Shown here: positions 19,337 through 29,029 of the stretch, in pieces | Layout of the letters: every line of letters begins with the position of its first letter | How positions within the stretch are numbered: the first letter of the stretch is position 1 | Source: a bacterium | Lineage (GTDB): Bacteria > Patescibacteriota > Minisyncoccia > UBA6257 > GWB1-50-10 | Length of the DNA: 64,000 bases | Direction: 5' to 3' | Assembly (NCBI GenBank): GCA_021801565.1 | Contig: JAJYXV010000015.1 | Coordinates: 23,839 to 87,838, forward strand | Translations under genes and position numbers: made by a program | Notes under the pieces: model-generated | Told to the model about the DNA's origin: nothing | What the model saw: only the letters and a program-made list of their open reading frames with translations | Databases searched by the model: none

Positions 19337-21451
19337 ATGTCCAAGAAGAAAAAGAAGAAATCTTCGGCGAACGAAAGTAAAAAAACTTTCGAAAAAGAGG
19401 GAGCGCAAAAACAATCTCGATACCCCCTTCACCCAGAGATAAAAAAGAGTGTCTGGATGGTAGGTTTTTTAGCGCTCGCGGTGGTATTTCTTCTTGCTGG
19501 ACTCGGACAAGCAGGACCATGGGGAGAAGGAATATATAATGGGCTAAGAATGCTCTTTGGGTGGGGTTACTTTTTTCTTCCTTTTTTGTTTTTTATACTT
19601 GCCTTTTCTTTTATCTCCGAGGAGCGAAAGCAAATGCTTGGATTTCGCTTAATCAGCGGATTTTTCTTTATTGGCGCGGGACTTGGATTTATTGATATTA
19701 TTGCTCCAGAAAGCGGAGGGCTTTTAGGAAATTTTGTTGGATCATTAAAACATCCGTTTGGTATGATTGCCGCGCTCGTAATTACCCTTACCATTCTCAT
19801 CATCTCCTTTCTTGTTACAATCAACAAACCTATTTCTCTCCTAAGAAAAAAGTATGGAGACGAAAATGATGAAGATGAAGAAGTTATTGCACCACCTGAA
19901 ATGGTTGAAATACAAAATATACAACCACCAACACAGGAAGGGGGGAAATCAAAGAAAAAAGAAGAAGTTGAAATAAAAGAGCCCGAATATCTTGAACATG
20001 AAGAAGGAAAAAAGATGAGTGAAAAAATGAAACCAATACATAATTATGTCGCCCCACCACTTTCACTTCTTTCTTCAATCATTGAAAAACCAACCATTGG
20101 TGATCTCCGTGCAAATGCAAATATTATTAAACGAACACTTGAAAGTTTCGGCATTTCTGTGGAAATGGGGGAAATCAACGTCGGACCAACAGTAACAAGA
20201 TATACGCTGAAACCCGCGGAAGGGATGCGTCTCTCTCGAATCACCGCATTAAATCAGGATCTTGCACTTGCGCTTGCGGCTCACCCAATCCGCATTGAGG
20301 CACCAATTCCTGGAAAATCGCTTGTAGGAATCGAGGTGCCCAACAAGTCTGCTGCAATTGTGCGCCTTGGAAGTATTCTTCTCTATCCCGAGTTCCAAAA
20401 AGCACCCGCACTTACATTCGCTCTCGGACGCGATGTGAGTGGTGAACCAATTTTTCAAGATATTGGTAAAATGCCCCATCTTCTGGTGGCTGGAGCTACC
20501 GGAAGCGGAAAATCTATTACTATACACGCACTCCTCGTTTCTCTTCTATTCAAAAATTCGCCCGACATGCTTAAATTCATCATGGTTGACCCAAAACGTG
20601 TTGAGCTTTCTATTTACGGCGGAATTCCTCATCTTCTTGCGCCAGTAATTACTGAAAATAAAAAGGCAATGGGAGCGCTTCGATGGGCAATACAAGAAAT
20701 GGATCGACGCTATCAGCTACTTCTCGAATCTGGCGCGCGCGACATCAAAAGTTATCATAAACAGAAAAACGATTTGCCCTATATTGTTATCGTAATTGAT
20801 GAGTTGGCGGATTTAATGACTTCATACGGAAGGGAGGTAGAGGGTTCAATTATCCGTCTTGCACAAATGGCGCGCGCAACAGGTATTCATCTTATTGTTT
20901 CAACACAACGTCCATCAGTTGAAATTATTACCGGACTCATCAAAGCAAATATCACCACAAGGGTTGCGCTTCAAGTTGCGAGCCAAATTGATTCACGTAC
21001 CATTCTTGATACCGCGGGCGCAGAAAAACTTTTGGGAAGCGGGGATTTGTTGTTTTCTTCTGCCGAACTTTCAAAACCGAAACGTGTACAGGGTGCATTT
21101 ATTACTGAAGAGGAGATAAAAAGCGTGGTTGAGTTCATAAAGAAAAACAATAAAGGATTTGATGAAGAACAAATAAACGTAGAGAAATTAGAAATTGAGC
21201 CTGGTGAACAAAATGGAAACGGAAATGGAGGAGGTATTAATTTTGATGACTATGAAGCAAGTGGAGACGATGATGAATTGTATGAAGAAGCGGTGGAAGT
21301 AGTCCGTTCAGCGAAAAAAGCATCTGCATCCCTTTTACAAAGACGGCTGAAGGTTGGATATGCTCGCGCAGCACGTCTTATCGATATGATGGAAGAGCGG
21401 GGAGTAGTGGGTCCAGGTGAAGGAGCAAAACCAAGAGATGTGTTTTTATAA
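19337..21451 (+). CDS. ftsK: DNA translocase FtsK/SpoIIIE
   Basis: N-terminal TM helices, the motor domain (LLVAGATGSGKS Walker A, VIVIDELADLM Walker B) and a C-terminal winged-helix gamma domain. Confidence 0.9.
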   Translation: MSKKKKKKSSANESKKTFEKEGAQKQSRYPLHPEIKKSVWMVGFLALAVVFLLAGLGQAGPWGEGIYNGLRMLFGWGYFFLPFLFFILAFSFISEERKQMLGFRLISGFFFIGAGLGFIDIIAPESGGLLGNFVGSLKHPFGMIAALVITLTILIISFLVTINKPISLLRKKYGDENDEDEEVIAPPEMVEIQNIQPPTQEGGKSKKKEEVEIKEPEYLEHEEGKKMSEKMKPIHNYVAPPLSLLSSIIEKPTIGDLRANANIIKRTLESFGISVEMGEINVGPTVTRYTLKPAEGMRLSRITALNQDLALALAAHPIRIEAPIPGKSLVGIEVPNKSAAIVRLGSILLYPEFQKAPALTFALGRDVSGEPIFQDIGKMPHLLVAGATGSGKSITIHALLVSLLFKNSPDMLKFIMVDPKRVELSIYGGIPHLLAPVITENKKAMGALRWAIQEMDRRYQLLLESGARDIKSYHKQKNDLPYIVIVIDELADLMTSYGREVEGSIIRLAQMARATGIHLIVSTQRPSVEIITGLIKANITTRVALQVASQIDSRTILDTAGAEKLLGSGDLLFSSAELSKPKRVQGAFITEEEIKSVVEFIKKNNKGFDEEQINVEKLEIEPGEQNGNGNGGGINFDDYEASGDDDELYEEAVEVVRSAKKASASLLQRRLKVGYARAARLIDMMEERGVVGPGEGAKPRDVFL

Positions 21452-21562
21452 ACAAAACAACACATTAAACTATATTAACATCTTTCTCAGACTATGAGCC
21501 TTTCTATCTCTAATTGAATGCTTCTAAAAAATATGTAATAGTAAATTTATTAGAAAGACACT

Positions 21563-22279
21563 ATGGAATCCGAAGAGAAAAATTTTTCCGAACTCATCGA
21601 AAATGCGATGAGAGTAAAGGGATTTACAGTAGAAAAACTTGCCCAGGCTACGGGAATATCTGATCGCTTTATAGAATATATTGTCGAGGGTAATTTAAAA
21701 AAACTTCCCTCCTCTCCATATGTGCACGGATACGTGTTAAGAATTGCGGATGCACTTAGTCTCAACGGGGAAGAGTTGTGGCAAGAATATTTTCAAAAAA
21801 ATCAGGATATAAAACATTCGGATAGAGCAGATGAATTGCCCGGAAATCATTTTAGGGGAAGGTCAATAAACAAGAACATAATTATCGGCGGTGTTATTTT
21901 GATTATTATTGCGATATTCGTATTTTGGCGCGTTCAATCGCACGTCGGTGAACCATCACTTTCCCTCTCTGATTTTAAGGATGAGATGATTGTTGAACAA
22001 AAAACTTTTGATCTTAAGGGAAAAATTGATCCGCGTGATCAACTTACGTTAAACGAAGAAATTATTTATCCGGATGTTAACGGAAATTTTCAAAAAACAC
22101 TTTCACTTGAACCAGGATTCAATACACTTACATTCAAAGTAAAGAAGTTTTTGGGAGATGAGTATATAATAAAAAAGCAGATATTTTTAAAAGTCGCAAC
22201 AAGCAGCAAGGAGAAAGTAAATAATACTTCTCCGACTTCCCAACTAGAAACAACAACCACATATAATGGCACAGAATAA
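21563..22279 (+). CDS. RodZ-like HTH membrane protein
   Basis: N-terminal HTH ([23 protein letters not shown]), a single TM helix and an extracytoplasmic domain. It overlaps the recA start by 14 nt. Confidence 0.55.
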   Translation: MESEEKNFSELIENAMRVKGFTVEKLAQATGISDRFIEYIVEGNLKKLPSSPYVHGYVLRIADALSLNGEELWQEYFQKNQDIKHSDRADELPGNHFRGRSINKNIIIGGVILIIIAIFVFWRVQSHVGEPSLSLSDFKDEMIVEQKTFDLKGKIDPRDQLTLNEEIIYPDVNGNFQKTLSLEPGFNTLTFKVKKFLGDEYIIKKQIFLKVATSSKEKVNNTSPTSQLETTTTYNGTE

Positions 22280-23300
22280 AAAAATAAAAGAAGAAAAAGA
22301 GAGCGGACAAAAAAATGATCTAAACTCTCTCATGGAATCTCTCCAAAGCCGATTTGGTGAAGGATCGGTTATGACTTTAGGTACACAACTTCACTCAAAG
22401 GTGGAAACAATCCCATCCGGATCCTTCTCGCTCGATATTGCACTCGGCGGAGGCCTTCCGAAAGGAAGGATTATTGAGATCTATGGACCGGAAAGTTCAG
22501 GAAAAACAACACTCGCACTTCACGCTGTTGCTGAAATTCAAAAAAGAGGTGGAAAGGCGGCATTTATCGATGCGGAACACGCACTTGATCCTGAATATGC
22601 GGCAAAAATAGGCGTAAGGGTAAAAGAATTAATCATTTCACAACCAGATAACGGGGAGGAAGCATTAAACATACTTGAAAGCATCGTACGATCCGGAATC
22701 ATCAACATTGTTGTTGTTGACTCTGTTGCGGCACTCACTCCACGCGCAGAAATAGAAGGAGAAATGGGTGCGTCACATATCGGACTTCAGGCGCGATTGC
22801 TTTCACAGGCACTTCGTAAACTTACTGCGATTGCGGCAAAAACAGGAACAATAATTATTTTTATCAATCAGCTCCGCATGAAAATCGGTATTATGTTTGG
22901 AAATCCAGAAACAACTCCCGGTGGTATGGCATTAAAATTTTATGCGTCAGTTCGCATTGATGTGCGGAGAATTGCCCAAATAAAAAAAGGTGATGAGGTA
23001 ACGGGGAATAGAACGAAAGCAAAGGTAGTAAAAAATAAAGTTGCTCCGCCATTTCGTATCGCCGAATTTGACATTATGTACGGCGAGGGAATTTCATATG
23101 AAGCGGATGTGTTAAACACCGCAACAAAATACGAGGTAGTAAAAAAATCAGGGGCAAGTTACAGCTTTGGAGACGAAAAACTCGGCGTTGGATTCGATAA
23201 TGTGCGCGAAAAATTAAAAACGGATAAGAAAACGTTGGAGGCGATAAAGAAAAAGACGAAAGAAATTTCTGAACAAAAGGGTGCTGTCTCAGAAGAATAG
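22266..23300 (+). CDS. recA: recombinase RecA
   Basis: [19 protein letters not shown] Walker A, plus the L1 and L2 loops. Confidence 0.95.
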   Translation: MAQNKKIKEEKESGQKNDLNSLMESLQSRFGEGSVMTLGTQLHSKVETIPSGSFSLDIALGGGLPKGRIIEIYGPESSGKTTLALHAVAEIQKRGGKAAFIDAEHALDPEYAAKIGVRVKELIISQPDNGEEALNILESIVRSGIINIVVVDSVAALTPRAEIEGEMGASHIGLQARLLSQALRKLTAIAAKTGTIIIFINQLRMKIGIMFGNPETTPGGMALKFYASVRIDVRRIAQIKKGDEVTGNRTKAKVVKNKVAPPFRIAEFDIMYGEGISYEADVLNTATKYEVVKKSGASYSFGDEKLGVGFDNVREKLKTDKKTLEAIKKKTKEISEQKGAVSEE

Positions 23301-23405
23301 AAAAATCGTCCACTTTATGTGTGAGATGTGTGCAATATAATACCCCCTGTGTATAAGTGAGGGAAAAGCTAAAGAACTCGCTTATAGAAACAAAAAAACA
23401 GGACT

Positions 23406-24245
23406 TTATCTTTCCTGCTTTTCGACTAAAATAAAAAAATTTTCAAAAAGTTTCGCCACAAGTATGGGACCCGTGCCACCGGGTGTTGGAGTGAAGTCAA
23501 TTTTCAATTCACAATTTTCAATTTTCAATTTTTCTGAATTAAAATCTCCAACCAATTGCCATTCGTCATTTGCCATTTGCTTTTTTCCATATCCAAAATC
23601 AATCACTAAAACCTTTTCTTTTAACATACCTTGAGAAACAAGATGTGGCTGACCGGTTCCAAGTATCACTATATCGGCATTTTTAATGAGTGAATAATCA
23701 CCTCCTTTATCCAAAAGATATAAATCTGAGACTTTTCCCTTGAGCCATGTCGCAATCGGTTTTCCAACAAGATTTCCAAGTCCCACAACGCCAACTTTTT
23801 TTTCGCTTAATATAAGATTTTGATTTTTTAATATTTCTTCAACCACACCAACTGCGGGAGGTAATATAAAATTTCTTCCGGCATAAAACGCACCGAGTGC
23901 GCGTTCACCCAACACATCAACATCTTTTTCCCGAGGAATCACGTTCATCACATATTGTGCGTTCACGTGAGAGGGGAGAGGAAGTTGTACAATCACACCG
24001 CCACATGTTTTGTGATTTGTAATTTTTAAAATTTCTTTTCGTAACCTATCCTGCGTTATATCCTCCTCAAGTTTGTATACTCTAAAGTCAATATTGAGCG
24101 CCTTCGCTATTTTTTCCTTCTGTTTCAAAAAACTTACTGACGCAGGATTCTCTCCAATTAAAAATGCCGCAAAAAACTTTTTTGTTTTTTTCTCTTTTAT
24201 TTTAGTTAAAATTCCCTCAGCGATTTTTTTTCCATCAATAACCAT
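23406..24245 (-). CDS. folD: bifunctional methylenetetrahydrofolate dehydrogenase/cyclohydrolase
   Basis: FolD family with a GxGxxVG NAD(P) motif. It carries an extra insert, NSEKLKIENCELKID, encoded by GAAAATT repeats. Confidence 0.8.
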   Translation of the reverse strand: MVIDGKKIAEGILTKIKEKKTKKFFAAFLIGENPASVSFLKQKEKIAKALNIDFRVYKLEEDITQDRLRKEILKITNHKTCGGVIVQLPLPSHVNAQYVMNVIPREKDVDVLGERALGAFYAGRNFILPPAVGVVEEILKNQNLILSEKKVGVVGLGNLVGKPIATWLKGKVSDLYLLDKGGDYSLIKNADIVILGTGQPHLVSQGMLKEKVLVIDFGYGKKQMANDEWQLVGDFNSEKLKIENCELKIDFTPTPGGTGPILVAKLFENFFILVEKQER

Positions 24246-24266
24246 AAATAAAATTTTTTTATTTTC

Positions 24267-24557
24267 TTATTCGCGCGAATTAGAAACTGCTGAAATAATA
24301 TATTTCACCAAATCAGAAAGATTATCTGCAATTCGATAATATACAACCAGACTCTTTTGTTTATGATCAAGGATATCTAATTTATATAACATGTTCAAAT
24401 GTTTTGATGTCGCAGTAAAAGAAAGTCCTATGCGCTCTGCAATATCACCCACAGATAATTCCTTTTCTTTTGTAAGTGCCCGCACAATCCTCAACCTACG
24501 ATTATTTCCAAATCCTTTCATAATTCTCTCAAGTTGTTTTATGTTTTCCACACTCAT
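24267..24557 (-). CDS. ArsR/SmtB family transcriptional regulator
   Basis: Winged HTH: LRIVRALTKEKELSVGDIAERIGLSFTATSKHLNMLYKLDIL. Confidence 0.8.
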   Translation of the reverse strand: MSVENIKQLERIMKGFGNNRRLRIVRALTKEKELSVGDIAERIGLSFTATSKHLNMLYKLDILDHKQKSLVVYYRIADNLSDLVKYIISAVSNSRE

Positions 24558-24585
24558 ATATTATCTGTTTTATTTTATCACGCTT

Positions 24586-24623
24586 CTGCTATTTTCCTAT
24601 TCGCGCGAATAGGAAAATAGCAG
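24586..24623. promoter_or_regulatory. 38-bp perfect palindrome, candidate ArsR operator
   Basis: ctgctattttcctattcgcgcgaataggaaaatagcag lies about 30 nt upstream of the arsR start. A half-site, attcgcgcgaat, is at 24269-24280, just upstream of folD. Confidence 0.55.
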
Positions 24624-24663
24624 ACTAAATATCAAAAAAAAACAAACAAAAATATGTGAGGAT

Positions 24664-25959
24664 TTAAGGCAAAATCGGAAACTTTTTACAAAGTTTTTTT
24701 ATATCCACTTGTATCGTCAATTTTTTTTGAGTTTGTAGCAACGAATCAGAAATAAGATGTGCGATTAATCTCATTTCTTTTTCTTTCATTCCGCGTGTCG
24801 TAAGTGCGGGGGTACCAACACGAATTCCTGATGGGTTGGTAGGTTTTTGTGTGTCGTAGGGAATTGTGTTTTTATTCACGATAATTCCAACACCTTCCAA
24901 CAAATCACTCGCTTCGCCTCCACTTATTCCTTTTTCCATTGTATTAACTAAAAACAAGTGCGAGTCAGTTCCTCCCGAAATAATTTTCCATCCAATTTTT
25001 TTAAGCTCCTCCGCAAGTGCCTTCGAATTTTTTACCACCTGTTTTGAATATATCCTAAATTGATTTGTGTCGGCCTCGCTTAATGCAACTCCGATTGCCG
25101 CGATTGTATTCATGTGTGGTCCACCCTGAATTCCTGGGAAAACAATTTTATTAATGGCCTCTGCAATTGATAGTTTCGAATTTTGAATTTTGAATTTTGA
25201 ATTTGTTTGAGATTTGAGATTTGAGATTTGAGATTTTCTTGCAAATATAAGTGCCGCTCGCGGACCGCGGAGTGTTTTGTGTGTGGTAGTGGTCACTACA
25301 TGCGCGTAGGTGAAGGGGGATGGATATGCGCCTCCTGCAACAAGTCCCGCAAAATGAGACATATCTACCATAAATATCGCTCCTACTGCATCTGCAATTT
25401 TTCTCATCTTCTTGAAATCAATAATTCGCGCGTATGCACTTCCTCCCGCAATAAGAAGTGTTGGTTTTTCTTTTTTTGCGATTTTCAAAACCTCATCATA
25501 GTTTATTTTTTCTGTTTTTTTATCCACTCCGTAGGGGACCTGTTTCCATAGTTTTCCTGTCACGCTTACACGATATCCGTGCGTAAGGTGACCCCCCATA
25601 TCGAGCGCCATTGCCATGATTTTTGAACCAACAGGAATAAGTGCATGATAGACTGCGAGATTTGCGGGAGATCCAGAATATGGCTGCACATTCACATCCC
25701 ACATTTTTCGATCCGCCGGCTGGCGGATAAATAACTTTAACGCACGTGATTGTACCAACTCTTCAAGTTCGTCCACGTGCTTATTGCCCGCATAATAACG
25801 CGCTCGCGTGTATCCTTCGGCGTATTTATTGGTAAATACACTTGCCAGTGCCTCGCGTACGCCTGGTGAAACATAATTTTCCGAAGCGATAAGATTCAGC
25901 GTCTCATTCTGCCGAATTTTCTCTTTTCTAACAAGTTGTCGCATCTCTCTATCTCTCAT
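24664..25959 (-). CDS. glyA: serine hydroxymethyltransferase
   Basis: SHMT family with the PLP-Lys region HVVTTTTHKTLRGPR. It contains a repeat-encoded insert, RKSQISNLKSQTNSKFKIQNSKLS. Confidence 0.9.
   Translation of the reverse strand: MRDREMRQLVRKEKIRQNETLNLIASENYVSPGVREALASVFTNKYAEGYTRARYYAGNKHVDELEELVQSRALKLFIRQPADRKMWDVNVQPYSGSPANLAVYHALIPVGSKIMAMALDMGGHLTHGYRVSVTGKLWKQVPYGVDKKTEKINYDEVLKIAKKEKPTLLIAGGSAYARIIDFKKMRKIADAVGAIFMVDMSHFAGLVAGGAYPSPFTYAHVVTTTTHKTLRGPRAALIFARKSQISNLKSQTNSKFKIQNSKLSIAEAINKIVFPGIQGGPHMNTIAAIGVALSEADTNQFRIYSKQVVKNSKALAEELKKIGWKIISGGTDSHLFLVNTMEKGISGGEASDLLEGVGIIVNKNTIPYDTQKPTNPSGIRVGTPALTTRGMKEKEMRLIAHLISDSLLQTQKKLTIQVDIKKLCKKFPILP
25177..25237. repeat. heptanucleotide tandem repeats (GAATTTT)x4 + (GAGATTT)x4 inside glyA coding sequence
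   Basis: cgaattttgaattttgaattttgaatttgtttgagatttgagatttgagatttgagatttt. Confidence 0.85.
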
Positions 25960-26008
25960 GTATGTGACTTTATATCAAAACAAAAATAAATACAAAAGTT
26001 ATTATATT

Positions 26009-26048
26009 TTTACTACAGATATAACACAACATCGCCGATCGGCGATGT
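26009..26048. terminator. 40-bp perfect palindrome
   Basis: atataacacaacatcgccgatcggcgatgttgtgttatat. Confidence 0.6.
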
Positions 26049-26078
26049 TGTGTTATATAGAAATTTACTTCTCAAATT

Positions 26079-26171
26079 AGTAAAACAAAAGTGGAACGTA
26101 GGCCATAATAAGACCCAACACAAGAATTCCCACTACAACGATAACTAAAATTCTATGTTTTTTCCCCATGT
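26079..26171 (-). CDS. possible 30-aa hydrophobic peptide
   Basis: MGKKHRILVIVVVGILVLGLIMAYVPLLFY. It is below the ORF-track length cutoff. Confidence 0.3.
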
Positions 26172-26239
26172 TCTTATTGTATCAAATATGAATTTTTTGT
26201 TCCTCTCTAGGTTTGAGATTTGATTTTTGAGATTCTAAT

Positions 26240-26815
26240 TTAAAAAAGACTTTCTTGAGGTGCTTCGTGATCCTCCTCTTTATATACAATCTCCGCTTTC
26301 CCCATCTGAGGAATGTTCCGTTGAGGAATCCAGAGATATCCTTGTTTTCGTATGAGATCAAAAATTTCTTTCGTGAGCCTCACATCCTGCTTGCAGTATT
26401 CTTTCAATTTTTCCATTTCACCGTTTCGGTACCATTCAATTGCGTCGAGTCCGTGTCCGCTTTTTTTCATTCCTAAATTCGCTTCTCCCAGCAAATCAAG
26501 ACTGATGCGTCGCCCCCAACTGTTTTCGATCTGCTCCAAAATATCGTAGTGGGGTACCGCGTGGAGATTAAATTTAAAATACTTGTTTAAGACCGGCACA
26601 TCAAAACGCTTGCTCGCGAATCCAATAATAAGACCCGCGTTCTGCATCATTTCCGCAAGCACGTTAAATTCATGTTCTTCAAAACAATAATATTCGTTTT
26701 TGAGATATGAATAGGCACCCACCACCGACACTTCCAGTTTTTCAATATTTTCTTCACCTCCCACATCCGCAAACGTGTTCTTTGTCTCAATATCAAAAAC
26801 AATTTTGTCTTTCAT
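26240..26815 (-). CDS. DEDD-family 3'-5' exonuclease (RNase H-like fold)
   Basis: VFDIETKNT ... YCKQDV motifs. The start is at MKDKIVFDIE; the track start 26920 is upstream. Confidence 0.6.
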   Translation of the reverse strand: MKDKIVFDIETKNTFADVGGEENIEKLEVSVVGAYSYLKNEYYCFEEHEFNVLAEMMQNAGLIIGFASKRFDVPVLNKYFKFNLHAVPHYDILEQIENSWGRRISLDLLGEANLGMKKSGHGLDAIEWYRNGEMEKLKEYCKQDVRLTKEIFDLIRKQGYLWIPQRNIPQMGKAEIVYKEEDHEAPQESLF

Positions 26816-26882
26816 TGCTGTATTAATTATCGTTCTATTCTTACAAGAATTTACCACGAAGTCAAAAACACCCAACTCTATT

Positions 26883-27236
26883 TTATTTTTTAAAAATTGC
26901 CTTAATGTTTGAATAAGCAATTTTTATTCCAATACCAAGAAAGACAAGGCCAAAGAAAAACGGGAGGAGTGCGGGGATATTAGTCATATTAAAATCCAAG
27001 AGTGCAACATTAAAAACAAAAAATACCAAAAAACCACCGGCAACTATAACAATAAAGGAAAAACATACACTAACTATCTTTATCCATAGTGATTGAGACG
27101 AGGGAACATCTCCCATATTTTGGTACATTTGTCTTACCGCTTCATTCACCCACATTGGGCCGCCTATATTCGAGGGTGTATCTACTTCTTTGGAATTAAT
27201 TTGCTCTAATTTTTTGTTTTTTTCTTTCTGATTCAT
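26883..27236 (-). CDS. hypothetical membrane protein
   Basis: 117-aa ORF with 2-3 TM helices. Confidence 0.45.
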   Translation of the reverse strand: MNQKEKNKKLEQINSKEVDTPSNIGGPMWVNEAVRQMYQNMGDVPSSQSLWIKIVSVCFSFIVIVAGGFLVFFVFNVALLDFNMTNIPALLPFFFGLVFLGIGIKIAYSNIKAIFKK

Positions 27237-27277
27237 GCTTCATGGCTTTTCACTCAAAAGTGAAAATATATAAAAAT

Positions 27278-27766
27278 CTACCTCACGTGGCGATCTGCAA
27301 CCTTTGAGGCCGCATAACTTTCTGGCTTTGTTTTCACTTCAAAGTTGTTTGCGCGAATCATTCCCACCACTTCTTGTATAAGTGTTTTTGTCTCTCCGTT
27401 TTCACCTATATCTGCGTGTATCTCAAAATCCCAATGGGGAAGAAGATCGGAATTCTTTTTTAGTTCTTCGAGCACTTCTTTTGCGGTATCAATTGAGAAC
27501 AACACCTCTTGAATAATCCTATCTCGAAGTGTGTGGAATTTTCCCTTTTCAAACCCTCTCCAAAAATAACGCCCACCATTCCCCACGCGATAGACGACCA
27601 CCACAGTCACAAAATCTGCGTTTTTACTTGGAAGATGGAGTGAATCAGTACCAATAATAATTTTATACGAACTTGCCGTATCGTTTTTTAAAAATTGAAC
27701 AACTTCACCCACCACCTCATGAAGCGGTAACTGAGCACCAAACGAATTTTTGAATAACACCTGCAT
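27278..27766 (-). CDS. YkuK/DUF458 family RNase H-like protein
   Basis: IIGTDS motif and a C-terminal KPESYAASKVADRHVR resembling the YkuK family. Confidence 0.5.
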   Translation of the reverse strand: MQVLFKNSFGAQLPLHEVVGEVVQFLKNDTASSYKIIIGTDSLHLPSKNADFVTVVVVYRVGNGGRYFWRGFEKGKFHTLRDRIIQEVLFSIDTAKEVLEELKKNSDLLPHWDFEIHADIGENGETKTLIQEVVGMIRANNFEVKTKPESYAASKVADRHVR

Positions 27767-27810
27767 TCCTCCACCTTATTCCGAAGAATCTGGTTCGTCA
27801 ATGTTATTTA

Positions 27811-28428
27811 TTACTTCGATAAAATCTTCAACAACGCATCGGTGATGGGTTTTAATTCCAGAAGCTCTTCTTCTTTGGTGTGTTGTATTGATGGTTTATT
27901 TGTTGTTATAGAAACATAAAGTGCCCGCATCGGAAATTGAATGTGTGACTCTCCAAACACTTGATTGGTTAAAATAACTTCCCGTTTTGATTCTTCTTTG
28001 CGCATTATGCCATCGGGATTGAGGAGCGTAAAAACTTCAATCCATGCGGCACTTACCCTTCCCCCGTGTTTTGTTGCAATGCCCTTCCAAAAATCTAAAA
28101 GCGTTTTTGAAATTTCTTCCTTTGTTAAATTTTCTTTTTCCATTTCTCCCAACGCTATTCTTTTTGGCGCATCAATCAAGCCCCCTCCCTCAACCCAAAA
28201 ACCAGTATCGTTTGCAAGAATGGGAATATTCACTTTTCCAAAATATGCCCGCGCTTTAATTTCCGAATTTTCAGCCAATGTTTTTCCATTCTCTTCGACT
28301 TCAATATCTTCGAGTCCAAAGTCTTTCGGAGTATAAATCTTAATATCGAGCCCCGTCTCTCCCAAGAGGTTCTTAAATCTCTGAATTTTTGCCTCGTTGT
28401 GTGTAGCGAGAAATATTTCTTTTTTCAT
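27811..28428 (-). CDS. non-canonical purine NTP pyrophosphatase (Ham1/RdgB family)
   Basis: LATHNEAK, ENSEIKA and NDTGFWVEGGG motifs arranged as in the ITPase fold. Confidence 0.6.
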   Translation of the reverse strand: MKKEIFLATHNEAKIQRFKNLLGETGLDIKIYTPKDFGLEDIEVEENGKTLAENSEIKARAYFGKVNIPILANDTGFWVEGGGLIDAPKRIALGEMEKENLTKEEISKTLLDFWKGIATKHGGRVSAAWIEVFTLLNPDGIMRKEESKREVILTNQVFGESHIQFPMRALYVSITTNKPSIQHTKEEELLELKPITDALLKILSK

Positions 28429-28433
28429 AAAGA

Positions 28434-28979
28434 TTAATCAAGTATATATTCCCATCCAGGTTTCCATTCTTTTGTCTTTCGCCAATCGGTCGCAAATGCT
28501 TCTTCCCACGTTAGTTTTTTAAGAAGAACATCCAGTGCAAGTTGTGGGGCCTTATGAGCAACAATTGCTATGGACTTTCCATTATAATTTTTCTTTATAT
28601 CTTCCAAAAAACTTTTTACGCGTTCTTTTACCATTTCATAACTTTCTCCATTCGGCATTGGTGTAATAACTGATTGTTCTTGTAGTGGCTCAACTATTTC
28701 TGATGGTTTGTTATTATAATCTCCGTAATTACACTCCCTAAGGCGTGCGTCGGGAATAATTTTATATTTATCTCCCCACGTTAATTGGGCGGATTGGATA
28801 GCGCGCTTTAAATCTGATGTAAAAACAACATCAAAGTTTTTGTCTTCCGTGAGTGGTCCTAATTCTTTTGATTGTTGTATTCCAAGTTCCGAAAGTTCAA
28901 CATCTGACCAACCTGAAGAAAACCCCCCTTCATTATCGGTCGTAGTTCCGTGAACAAAATAAGTTATTTTTACGGCCAT
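28434..28979 (-). CDS. histidine phosphatase superfamily protein
   Basis: YFVHGTTTDNE N-terminal motif, GES, and the H in IAIVAHK. Confidence 0.55.
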   Translation of the reverse strand: MAVKITYFVHGTTTDNEGGFSSGWSDVELSELGIQQSKELGPLTEDKNFDVVFTSDLKRAIQSAQLTWGDKYKIIPDARLRECNYGDYNNKPSEIVEPLQEQSVITPMPNGESYEMVKERVKSFLEDIKKNYNGKSIAIVAHKAPQLALDVLLKKLTWEEAFATDWRKTKEWKPGWEYILD

Positions 28980-28987
28980 AAAAATTT

Positions 28988-29029
28988 TGGTGCCCTCGAG
29001 AGGATTTGAACCCCAGACCTTCTCGGTTT
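28988..29029 (-). other. tRNA 3'-half-like fragment (T-loop TTCAAAT, ends GGGCACCA)
   Basis: The reverse complement reads AAACCGAGAAGGTCTGGGGTTCAAATCCTCTCGAGGGCACCA. It shares ACCGAGAAGGTC with tRNA-Val and lacks a 5' half. Confidence 0.4.

Noticed and set aside
22262-22268. TATAAT overlapping the recA ATG as a sign of a leaderless recA transcript
   Set aside because: A -10 box overlapping the start codon cannot serve that start. recA overlaps the upstream RodZ-like gene by 14 nt, so co-transcription and translational coupling is the simpler reading.
25151-25237. Heptamer repeat clusters as a CRISPR array
   Set aside because: The units are 7 nt with no spacers. They lie inside conserved coding sequences in frame, and no cas genes are present.
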